Translations under genes and position numbers: made by a program | Notes under the pieces: model-generated | Databases searched by the model: none | What the model saw: the letters and a program-made list of their open reading frames with translations, nothing else | What the model was told of the DNA's origin: nothing | Origin: Lepidodermella squamata | Taxonomy: Eukaryota; Animalia; Gastrotricha | DNA: 64,000 nt | Reading direction: 5' to 3' | NCBI GenBank assembly: GCA_047495785.1 | Contig: JBLDXI010000032.1 | Span: 806,001-870,000, forward strand | Part shown: piece by piece, positions 1 to 10,532 of the stretch | Numbering within the stretch: the first letter of the stretch is position 1 | Layout of the letters: the number at the start of each line of letters is the position of its first letter

Positions 1-32
1 ACGCCATAGCCAAGTTAACAAGATTATCAAAA

Positions 33-3000
33 ATGCATCCTTCAGACTCAATAATATTTGCTCTTCTAACGTTATGTTGCGCTGGAAATGCGGTCCTAGG
101 ATTGCAAAGCCGGTCCCATGCAAAAACCAAAGTAGCTGGAATCGAAGCGCTTTTCGGAGCTGTCAAACTAGATAATGTTGCAGAAGTAGACGCTATCATC
201 GAAGCCTACTTTCAGGGCACCAATCTGGCCGAAATTAAAAATTCTTCCGGTTGGAGCCTTCTCCACCAAGCCGCCCTGTACAACAGCACAGAAGTATTCG
301 AACACTTGCTCCCAGCGGCTAATCGGCCGGAATCTGAAAATGACCTGAGCGATGAAGTAAAAGCAATGATAGAAGCTGTGGATAATCACAACCGTACAGC
401 TATTTTCTACGCTACTGCTAATATTCAATCACTTCTTATTGATTATTTTGCGGACACTTCGCATCTCGATGCCGACGGCACGCCACTGAGCCATTATCTG
501 GTTAGGCAGAAAAACTACGCTGCTCTGTCTAACCTTTTCCGACTTCGAGACATCGATCTGGATGTGTTCGAAGGGAAAAGTCTCTCGCATTCAACTGCTG
601 AATGGGATTTCCCGGAATTTCTCGAACTTGGCGGCTACTTCAATGCTTCTGCAAGCGACGAACATGGCCAAATTCCGGCATGCTGGGCGGCAATTAATGG
701 AAGCCTGAATTTTGCTCTAGAAATGGTGAAGCGATCGTATCAAATTATCGAAGGTCGTTGTTTTTATGGTAACGGAAGCATAGGCTCGCCTCTTCACGCA
801 GCTGCTTTCTATCGACATGGGGCTTATGTCAAGCTGTTGTTAGCCCATGGAGCCGGTGTTATGGCTAGAAGCAAGCCGAATTCCGAAACCCCGCTGCATT
901 CGTTGATTGAAGGAAGCTGCAATGATTGGAAGGATTCTGATTTGGATATTGCCGCCATGCTGTACGACGCCTCATCTGACGTCATAGAAAGCCGCGATTC
1001 GCGGGGCTTGACGCCGTTTCTTCGTGCTGTGTCTTTATCTTGCCTAAAAACGCCCCGAGCATTGTATACGACATTCTCAGCCAATCACAGGGCTGTGGAT
1101 AACAATTTCTATGGCCTTTTCCATCTAGCTTCGGAAAAATTGGCTCCAGATCTGATCACTTTGCCATTTGTGGACGTGAACGCTAAAACGGAGAACACAG
1201 GCCTCACAGCTCTTCATGTTGCAGTCTTGCAACAGAAAAGCGTCAAATTTATTAGGCTTTTGTTGAATCACGGCGCAGAAAGAAATGCAGTTGACAAATC
1301 ACTCAATTCGGCAGTTCATCACGCTATTATAGAAAATAACACTGAGGCATTCAATTTATTTCTCAAAGATACTAAATTCGAATTCAGACTTCGGAATGCA
1401 CAAGGAGAGACGCCGCATCACCTCGCCATTAGGCTCGAGCGACCACACATGGCTGAGCGGATTATCGCTAAACTCGGCAAATCGTTGTTTGATGATGAGG
1501 AGTTTGATGATGAGTTGGAAAACGTTTCAACGCCATCAGTTGAGGAAGGTGAGTTTTCCTTCACTCCTTCCTCCTTCCTCGTTTCAACGAGGTAGGGCAC
1601 TATCCGCCCTGAACGTTTTTCGAGCATAACACTTTTGAGGATGTCTCACAATTAGGCATCACATATAATTCTATTCTTTACGGTCTCGCTTGTTAATAGA
1701 AATGGCCGCAATACGTTCTGCCATTACCGCTGTTTCAGAAGGTGAGATTTCATCATATATTCCTGTATAGTCAGCATAACTTAAAGCCTTGTTCATCGCT
1801 TGTTAGAACTGGCTGAGCTCCATTCCTCTTTTGATGCAAGAAATTGTACACGTAAGTGTCTGCACTTCTTGGTGCCAGCTCATTATACCGCTAATAATTT
1901 CATCAGTTTCAGCATTGTGCAAACAGAAATGCTTGAATGGGGGCACCTGCTGGGCTCGAAATAAATGCAAGTGTGCGAAAGACTGGTCTGGATCCAACTG
2001 CGAAAAATGGGTAATATTCTGAGGAATTAACATTCAAGAGTCAGCTTGAGGAGAAAATTTAAGTTTGAAGTTTGACGGAGTCACACAGAGAACCGATTTT
2101 GAATTAACAAAAATTTCGGATTGCTGTTCGCGCACAAGTCTTCTTTTACCCTCTGATTGCTGGTGAACTGCACAGAACTAAAGGGGGTCCGGAATTGAGC
2201 CTCTTATAGTCCGCGTTGTTTTGCCAACTTTTAAAATGTGGTGCCAGTTTGTTAGACCTAAAGACGAAAACTAATTAAATAGCTAGAATATATAACTGAT
2301 GAGCTTTATTCTTCTGCCCAGATTCCTGCAATTTACGAGCAATTAGCGACTGCATGTCACGCAACTGCTGACTTTTCGCAAGTGGAGCGACTTGTGGCGG
2401 AGATGGACGGCAACTTTGACCCCAACTGGCGCGATCCTAGGACATACATCTCTGGTGGGTTTTTAATACAAAACGGCACACTGCTTCACCGCTCGATGGC
2501 GCCGGCTGATCAGCAACCTGAGCAGCGACTAGCAATAGTGAAGCTGCTTTTAGACCGCGGCGCTGACGTGAATGCCGCAGAGCATGGCGCAGGTACCATT
2601 GCTTTGACAATGGCGGCTTACTATGGCCACGTTGAATTAGTGCGGCTGCTATTGGACCGCAATGCAGACATCGAGGGTAAAGGAAGCGATGGCAGAACGG
2701 CGTTGATGTTTGCAGCTGTCAACGGACACGTTGAATTAGTGCGGCTGCTATTGGACCGCAATGCTGATATCGAGGCCATGGGCAAATTTGGCCAAACGGC
2801 TTTGATGTCGGCGGCCCACAGTGGCAAAGTCGAAGTTGCACGGCTGCTACTGGACCGCAAGGCTGATATCGAGGCCAATGATGGCGACACGGTGTTGATA
2901 ACGGCGGCCGGCGAGGGGCACGTTGAATTAGTGCGTCTGCTGTTGGACCGCAACGCTGACATCGAGGGTAAGGGAAGCGTTGGCACAACGGCATTGATAG

Positions 3001-3473
3001 AGGCGGCCTTCCGGGGCGAAGTCGAAGTTGTGCGCCTGCTGTTGGAACACAAGGCTGATATTGAGGCCAAGACTAATGATGACGAAACAGCGTTGATAAT
3101 GGCAGCCTACGACGGACACGTCGTAGTTGTGCGGCTGCTGCTGGACCGCAACGCTGACATCGAGGCCAAGGCTAAAGATGGCAAAACGGCGTTGACATGT
3201 TCGGCCTCCCGGGGCAAAGTCGAAGTTGTGCGGCTGCTGTTGGAACGCAAGGCTGATATTGAGGCCAAGACTAATGATGGCGAAACAGCGTTGATAAAGG
3301 CAGCCTACGGCGGACACGTCAACGTTGTGCGGCTGCTGCTGGATCGCGATGCAAATATGCAAGCCACTGGTTACCAAGGAAAAGCAGCGCTCGATTACGC
3401 AATTTCTCGAGGCAAAACTGCCGTGGCCGATTTGCTGCGATCTCGAGGTGCAAGATGTGCGAAATCTTGTTGA
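33..3473 (+). CDS. Secreted ankyrin-EGF-ankyrin protein, copy 1. Predicted exons 33-1548, 1700-1741, 1807-1851, 1913-2010, 2322-3473 (~950 aa). Could instead be two genes, 33-1595 and 1702-3473.
   Basis: Signal peptide (MHPSDSIIFALLTLCCAGNAVLG), TPLH/TALH ankyrin motifs, an EGF exon CKQKCLNGGTCWARNKCKCAKDWSGSNC, and near-consensus 33-aa ankyrin repeats in the last exon. All junctions are GT..AG and keep frame. Confidence 0.7.
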
Positions 3474-3734
3474 AAAATATTATGATATGCCCCCAGCTGG
3501 ATGTTAAGGTGTAAAGACAATCAAGTTGAATAGCAGCTATCTTTTAGAACTTATTTCGTGAAATGAACGTGCTTTGAATAAGGAAAAGAAAGAAATTGAT
3601 AATGAAAGTCATAACAAATTGCTTAGTTCCAAATCTTTCTTATTTGGACGTCACAACTATTTCTGCTAGCCGAGCAAAACAGTTCATTGCGAAGGACGAA
3701 TGAATCGCAGAGTAAACCTAGTGACCTTGAGCCA

Positions 3735-4463
3735 TAGCATAGCATGGCATAGCATTATCTTTATTTCATCGTTTCCTTCATATTATTAGCCAACAATATT
3801 CAACAAATACATATTACCAAGTTTATAGCACAAAGGAAAATGAGAAAGAAAATGATAAAATAAAAATCACTCCGGTGTACCCAGTTCGCCGGGCGTGACG
3901 GTAACTAAATTCACGCCAAGCGCATCGAGTGTCGGAGGAGGACCGGTAGCAAGCTACCTATCCCCTATCCTGATCACTCACCTCAACAAACGTGTTCTAA
4001 TGATTAGAGTCTAATCCGATATTTCAATTTACCCAAAATAACTATGAATTTTTTGTCGCCGATTAGTTCTATCCTGGGCCAGGGCGTCGGCCTCATGATT
4101 TGTAATCCCTATTTGTTCAGATGTTTTTAATACAATCAATCCACCTTAATTTTGGTCGCCCATGAGTTCTACTCCAAGCGGCTGCCTACATCCGGCGGCT
4201 GCCAGTACCGCATCTGGCTCGCCAACCTTACGGGGTCCATGCGAGCGACGTGCCCGTACCATAGCGAAGTTGACGCCTAGCGATTTCGAATGTAAATTGT
4301 TCCGTGCCACACATTTTTCTAACGACCTCATTGCGAAACCTGTCACTAAGTGTTACGCCGCATATTTTCAGCAAATACCGCATATAGCCAACATCTAGTC
4401 GCATCGCATCCTCAGAGGTTACAGTCCAACTTTCGCTGCCATGCATAACAGTCGCATCCCCGG
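3735..4463 (-). mobile_element. 5'-truncated RTE-like LINE insertion
   Basis: The minus strand reads HGSESWTVTSEDAMRLDVGYMRYLLKICGVTLSDRFRNEVVRKMCG..RRQLRY, typical of an RTE ORF C-terminus. AATAAA and a (TAGCA)n tail lie at ~3735-3765. A 10-bp TSD, CCTTGAGCCA, is at 3725-3734 and 4464-4473. The insertion is absent from the paralogous flank near 14340. Confidence 0.8.
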
Positions 4464-6850
4464 CCTTGAGCCAGCTATTTAAAAAAGAGCGATATGTTTG
4501 AATAAAATCACGGCTTTTGCGCGCTGAGTGGTTCATTGTGAAGTTTCATCCCGAAATAGCGTCACATATAAGCAGGTTCTAATGAGAAAGTCGTGTTAAG
4601 CGTTAAGTGCAATCCGATTGACTTCTCGCTAATTTCGAGAAATTTTGCCTGATTGAATACCTAGAGTTCAATAGAGTGTTCAATAAAACTTATTGCCTTG
4701 CCGTTAAATGGAGAGTTATTCCGAGTTATTCCTAGCGTTTTGATCGCCTTTGAGGTCTACTCCATAGAAAAAGGAAACTTTAAATTCTAAATTGCAGTCA
4801 TTTTTATTAACCCTCGGAAATTGAGTTTATCGAACATTCATTTTCAAACTCAACTACAAGCTGCAATAAAACTATCAATAATTAGCTACATTTTCTCCCA
4901 GTCTTGCGACGATAGAGCCGTGTCATCTGCGAACGCTAGCAACGTAAGCCATTCTTCTTCCGTTGAGGAAATGCCTGTTTTTCCTAATCTAATTCGCTAG
5001 CAAACTATATTAAACGCAGCAATAAATAGACAATGGGCACCCTTTTACCTTGCCTGAGTCCCTTGATCACCCGGAAAGGTTTCGCGCTAACGCCATTTAC
5101 TAGCACAGTGACAAGGGGTTATTTTTCTAGTTAAGAGAAATATTGTTTATGCTTTCAGTCAAACGGAGATCCTGTCAAAATGGTGTGGTAGTCTAATTTT
5201 CGTCGTTTTTGCCAGCGATATTATAGGCTTTTTCATCTAAATTGAACACATTACCATGCACTATTTTCAAATAAGCAAGCAACATTGCTAAATCTTGATT
5301 ATAAAGCCCACGTAATCATGCTATTAAGTAGGGGCATAACGAGGACATTTTTTAGGTAGTTGTTATGGATCTCAGGGTGAAAACCAAGGTCGACGAGTGC
5401 GACACTATCGGGATTTCGAGCGAAGCGAGAAAATGTTTGGCAATTTTGCAAACTTCCTCCACAATTACCCGGACCAAATATAGGTATATCGGAGTCACAC
5501 AATATCGGAGTCAAAAAAAAAATCCAATAGAGTCAAAATGACTCCGAAGTCACACTTTGGACCACACTGATTCTGATGAAGGGTTCGTAGTCTAACCTGA
5601 TGAAAGATGGTCTCCAGGCACAATTTGATAGTCCAGGATGAACCCGATCGGAAATTCGACGCGACCGTCCGTTTCAAAGGTTACCAGAGCTTCATTGCTC
5701 GTAGACCACGCCAAGCAAAACTGAAGCGTCATGCCGCATCGCCGCGTTACCATCGGCGATGTGAATTCGATACGGCCGTTCCATATCGTTACGAAATCGT
5801 GGCGCCAATTCGCGACGCACCCGTCGACTTTTGACAACCAAATTCGACTGGTGCGGCTGATATGACAGAACATAAAAGCCTTGCATCTGGCAATATTAGC
5901 CCCTTTTACACTACTACTATGCGATACTATCCACTGTCGGTAGGTAGAGCGAGCTCACTGTCAATTTGGAATCGATATATAAACGATTAGTCTGAGATCT
6001 TCTGTGATGGCTCAATCGGCTAATAAAAAGAAACAGATGGAATTTCAAATTACAGATAGCAAAAATATTAGAATTTAGGAGAAATGACTTACGCGCTATG
6101 AAGTTTGACTTGGACAACATCTTTTATAGATTGAATTGTAGCCGGTTGTAGACAGCCTATACCAGTCTTAGTCGCCTTGCGATTATCCGGCAAAATTTTC
6201 AGACCATTGTCGGCAAGCTTATAGTTGAGTGTGTATTGCACATACACTATCTGGACAAAAAGATTGGCACAAGGTGAAAATAGGTGAAAAACTGGCCGAA
6301 TATTATTTTAGAGCGGCCTAGGAATTCATACTGCCCCAAAATGTTTGTGCGCCACCACGCCCCTTATAAACTCAAACTTTTGACATGAATTCAATAATCA
6401 GGCATGCACACACCCACTATTAAAGCTCGAATTATCGATAGACAAAAGGGTGGAATTTCATGCTATTCATGCCAAAAGGCTTTATTTATGTAAGCGTGCA
6501 CTATATAGAATCGTTGAAATGTTTATGAAACTTGAGGTAATCGAGGACAATGACAGTCCTGAGTACCACAAGACGTTGGAGAACTCGGCTGTGAGTCGAC
6601 TCGCCCGCGAGGCGCGGTTGAACAGAAGATTGCCGACTTCAAAGCTGGTCGGAAGGTTCCTTATGGTTGCCTTTCAATGCTCTGGGCTAAGGCTGGCTTT
6701 CAATGGATAAGTCGCTTTCTTGGGTGTGATGACCCTTTTGCAGTTCGAGATAAACTTAAATCAGGCTCAATAGGCGGTATAATGTAGGCTACAGCAGGGC
6801 AAAGATAGGAAATATTCACCATAGAACCTATCAACCAGCTCTGCAATTTT

Positions 6851-7162
6851 TTATGTATTTTCACCTTGTGCCAATCTTTTTGTCCAAATAGTGTAGTCTT
6901 TGCTTACATCAAGGGCCTTCAAAAAGAACCGCTTGCATACAGCTATCAAAATCGTTCCTTTTGTTTGAAATTGAGCCAACGCGTACTGCGATGGGATAGT
7001 GTAAGTAATGACAGCCCGTGTCGTTCGCGGAGACTTGTTAACGAAGCGGGAGATGAAGATGCGTTGTTCGTGTAGGTCTTTAGTACTGCGATAAGCCCTT
7101 TCGAAGCTTACGATTTGTTCATCGCTGAATTTTTCAAAGCATTTTTTCGGACAGCAATTCAT
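6851..7162 (-). mobile_element. Degenerate DNA-transposon ORF fragment (Sola-like N-terminal region)
   Basis: The pattern CCPKKCFEKFSDEQ...EQRIFI...YTI...VCKRFFLKALDVSK recalls invertebrate Sola-type transposases. No catalytic region is seen. Confidence 0.45.
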
Positions 7163-8029
7163 AAGGCGGTGTCCGACCTTGGCTCTTACATGACTGGCTT
7201 TCCTCAGAACATACTCTTCACCTGCATTACGCCAGAAATAAAAATCAATTTCTATAACATCAGGCTTTCAAATACAAACCGGTTTTTTTCCGGCGAAATT
7301 TCAGTTCGCGTCTTTCGTACTCCGTTCCGCCATGCCTAGCCTCGTTTTCTCCAAGAATCCAATCAGCGACTTTGCGCTTACGATTTAGCGACATGAAACC
7401 TACGAAATACGAATACCTACAATCAGTGAATCATATGAGCAATCCGAATCGTTCCCAACGTCATTTTCAGTTATTTTATTCAGTTTTAAGAATATGGAAA
7501 CCAACAACGTTGCAGAATCGCCCTTCGCCTATCCAGCAGATACCATTTTCCCTAATAACTTGTATGGTATCTGCGTGTTTTATGAGTTTTTAAAAAGTTG
7601 GCGGATTTTCGCTGTAACTGTTATTGGGCCTCCTCGTCCCGCATCTAAACTCTTTAGTAGTCTGAGCAGACCAATCGATAGTGCTATTCGGGCTCTCTGA
7701 TATGTGATAGGTTTTTATTCAATAACCTGAAGACTGATGAAAACAAAAGACGAAAAGCAATTTTCAGATTACTCATACCTCAATCGGCAATTATTGGGAG
7801 GATTGCCTTTAACGATACGACATATATATAGCGCTATGGGCTTCTGGAAAAACCGTCAATAAAACTAGAAAATTTAAAGAATAGAAGAGAAGTAATTAAT
7901 GAAGCTACTAGGTGCTTTGTGCCAGAACTCTTCGGGCAACCTCTGCGGGGCAGCGCGTTTTGTTCAGGAGTTTCGATGGCATCCCTGGGACGAAGGGCTC
8001 AGTAGTTATTGGGGTGATGAAGATTAAAT

Positions 8030-8150
8030 AGTATAGCGTCCAATGTCTAGTTTTAGCGTGTTCCGTGGCCGGATTTTAGGGCGCAACGGCCTGCGGCCTA
8101 GCGCCCTAAAATCCGTCAGCTGTCTAAAACTAGAACTTGGACGTTATACT
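8030..8150. repeat. Small hairpin / MITE-like inverted repeat
   Basis: Outer arms AGTATAGCGTCCAA..CTAGTTTTAG and CTAAAACTAG..TTGGACGTTATACT; inner arms CGGATTTTAGGGCGC and GCGCCCTAAAATCCG. Confidence 0.75.
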
Positions 8151-9300
8151 AAACATGAAAAAAAAAATCACACCCACCAACCCGACCAGCCCCACTATCG
8201 CGACCGACGCAGCAACAAGTAGTTGGACTTTGACACTGCATATCCAGACTAAGATGAAGATGAAGATGATGAAGAGATTGATGACACCAAAATTGTTTTC
8301 GCAATCCCTATGAAGCCATCAAGTTATTATTTGGAATATGTTGCTCAGCTGAGCAAGGGCGGATTGACCCCCCAACAAAGCGCTGATGTTCTTGAAATTT
8401 TAATGATCGCCTGCCACCCTCAAAACTCGTTAAAAATAATAACCAATGACTTCGAAAATCTCTTGCTTCACAAATATTGCCACAAATATCCATCCACCGG
8501 ATTATATTAATACTAAAATATATTCGGTGCATTTTCGCTACTCAGATAAAACTCTGTTACCACGACCACAATAAGGGTAAGAGTATCATGGCGCTGCGGC
8601 CAAGCCTCAATACCAACAATCGTCCGAAGACTGACTACTTGTCATTTCATGGCCGGCCCTTTTTAGGGTCACATGTATTTGCAACAGTGTTAAATTTTTT
8701 GTTGAATATTTTATTTTCAGATTAAAAATGAGTAAATTTTCATTCAATATTCACGTTTGGCTCCCTTTTACATTAGGAAGAATTCAGCCAATTTTCATAC
8801 AAATTATATTTCGGTAAATGAAAATAAATGCCGCGTATCTCTGAAAAGTTCAAACTTCAGTTCGACTCCTGGCGGTACATCATTTTTCACTCTTGTTTTT
8901 GTAGCGAGCAATTTTACCGCGCGACCAAGACCAGAAAAAATAGGTGGACTTTGCCCTTGATCACAGGAGTGCAAAGTCGCCCTACAATGAATTCTATGAA
9001 GCCTGGTAGGATTGAGAAAATGCAGAACTGCCAAAATGAAAAAATCGAATGAAGAATAAATTATCCACGCATCGTTTGGATGTCAACACGGAATATAGAC
9101 CTATTTTCCGCTCTGTTTCAGATTTGTTGGTATACGCTTCGTGTTAGCGTACTACAGGCTTATTAGATAATATCTAAAATGCGCCGGTTCAAATTTCCCA
9201 GGGGAATTTCCCAGGGGAATTTGAACCCTCTGTGTCTTTTGCTTTCTAGCGGTTGCTTCGGCCTATTTGTCTACTTTTGATTTTTAAATATTTGGGAACG

Positions 9301-10388
9301 AGGCCGATTTACGCGTAATTTCGGAAAGCGGAAGGATTTTATGAAAAGCCACGGGATAGTAAGCCATCGTGAGGAGTAGTAAGGAATAGTAGTATAATAG
9401 TAGTACTATTTCTTATACAAGATGGATGGCGGTTGGTAGTCGTAGAAAGCCGTGGAAAACGATGGAACCCGCGCGATTTCAAAGGATCAGTGCAATTGTG
9501 TGCGCGAGCAATCGGGAAGCTCATCCTTGCTGTCCTTACTAAGCATGTCCTTACCAAGAACGTCCTTAGTAGGGTAGCTTAGTAAGGATTAACCATAGGC
9601 TTACTAAGGAACACTTACTAAGGAGAGCCTTACTAGGGATAGCTTAGTAAGGATGAAGGAGAGTGAAGTGCTGTCATTCGCACGCGCGTTCAGTCGATGT
9701 GCGCAATCTATGGACCTCACAGCTCGCCTACTCCCGTAAATCACGGAAAGAACGGAGCGGCAAACGGCATGATGATTTTCTTAATGAGTGGTAATTAACG
9801 ACACGGTGCGGCATCCTTATTGAGGAGAGCAGCTGATTCCATGTGAAAGCCTTACTAAGCATGCCTACTAAGACAACTCTTAGTAAGGACTGCTTAGTAA
9901 GGGTAAGGGAACGCAGCGCTCAGAATGCTTACTAGCCATCCTTATAGCAAGGCAGTCCTTAGTAAGCATATGCTTGCTTAGGCACGCGAACCACTATATC
10001 TTTAGTAAGGAAGTTCAACACGAACGCCGTGGAAAGCGCAAGTGAGTGCGTGGAAATGCGCTTACGATAACCACGAGTAGGCGAAAAGTCGAATTCGATG
10101 TCTTCCGCGTCGTTTTGAGAACAATGGCGCACATTTAACAATAGCGGCTTATTGTTAAGCTCTACGTATTTTTTCGGGATAAGCATTTTCCGTAGCATTC
10201 TATGCGATTCTCATTTTTACAATTCATCAAGTGACATTTTAGTTGAAAGCGCCTAATTTTACGAATCTAACGAATACATTGAAATCGCGCGGATTCCATC
10301 GTTTTCCACGGCTTTTTATGATTACCCACCGCCATCCATGGCTTTTCATAAAATCCTTCCGCTTTCCGAAATGACGCTTAATCGGCCT
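9301..10388. mobile_element. Foldback-like non-autonomous element: long imperfect inverted arms around arrays of CTTA[C/G]TAAG motifs
   Basis: 9301-9482 is the reverse complement (with an indel) of 10279-10388. About 15 copies of CTTACTAAG/CTTAGTAAG variants lie between 9535 and 10010. Confidence 0.65.
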
Positions 10389-10532
10389 CATTCCTTGGCG
10401 ATTGTCGATAGTATTCATACCAACCCTGAGTAGATGAATCAGTTTCTGATTTTTCAAGTCTTGAATGTATTGAAACAAATTCTTAACTAAAATTTATTCA
10501 CTCAATAGCTAAGTTGAAAATATTATCAAGAA

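Noticed and set aside
2621-3377. Long antisense ORFs over the ankyrin exon (likewise over FH, XAB2 and SUN exons)
   Set aside because: Shadow frames of GC-rich or repetitive coding sequence with no independent motifs.
8230-8510. Acidic GAAGAT run followed by a 66-aa ORF
   Set aside because: No recognisable domain or splice structure; likely TE debris.
9535-10010. CRISPR-like array of short palindromic repeats
   Set aside because: The repeats are 9-10 bp with 5-6-bp spacers in mixed orientation, there are no cas genes and the context is eukaryotic. Better explained as transposon internal repeats.
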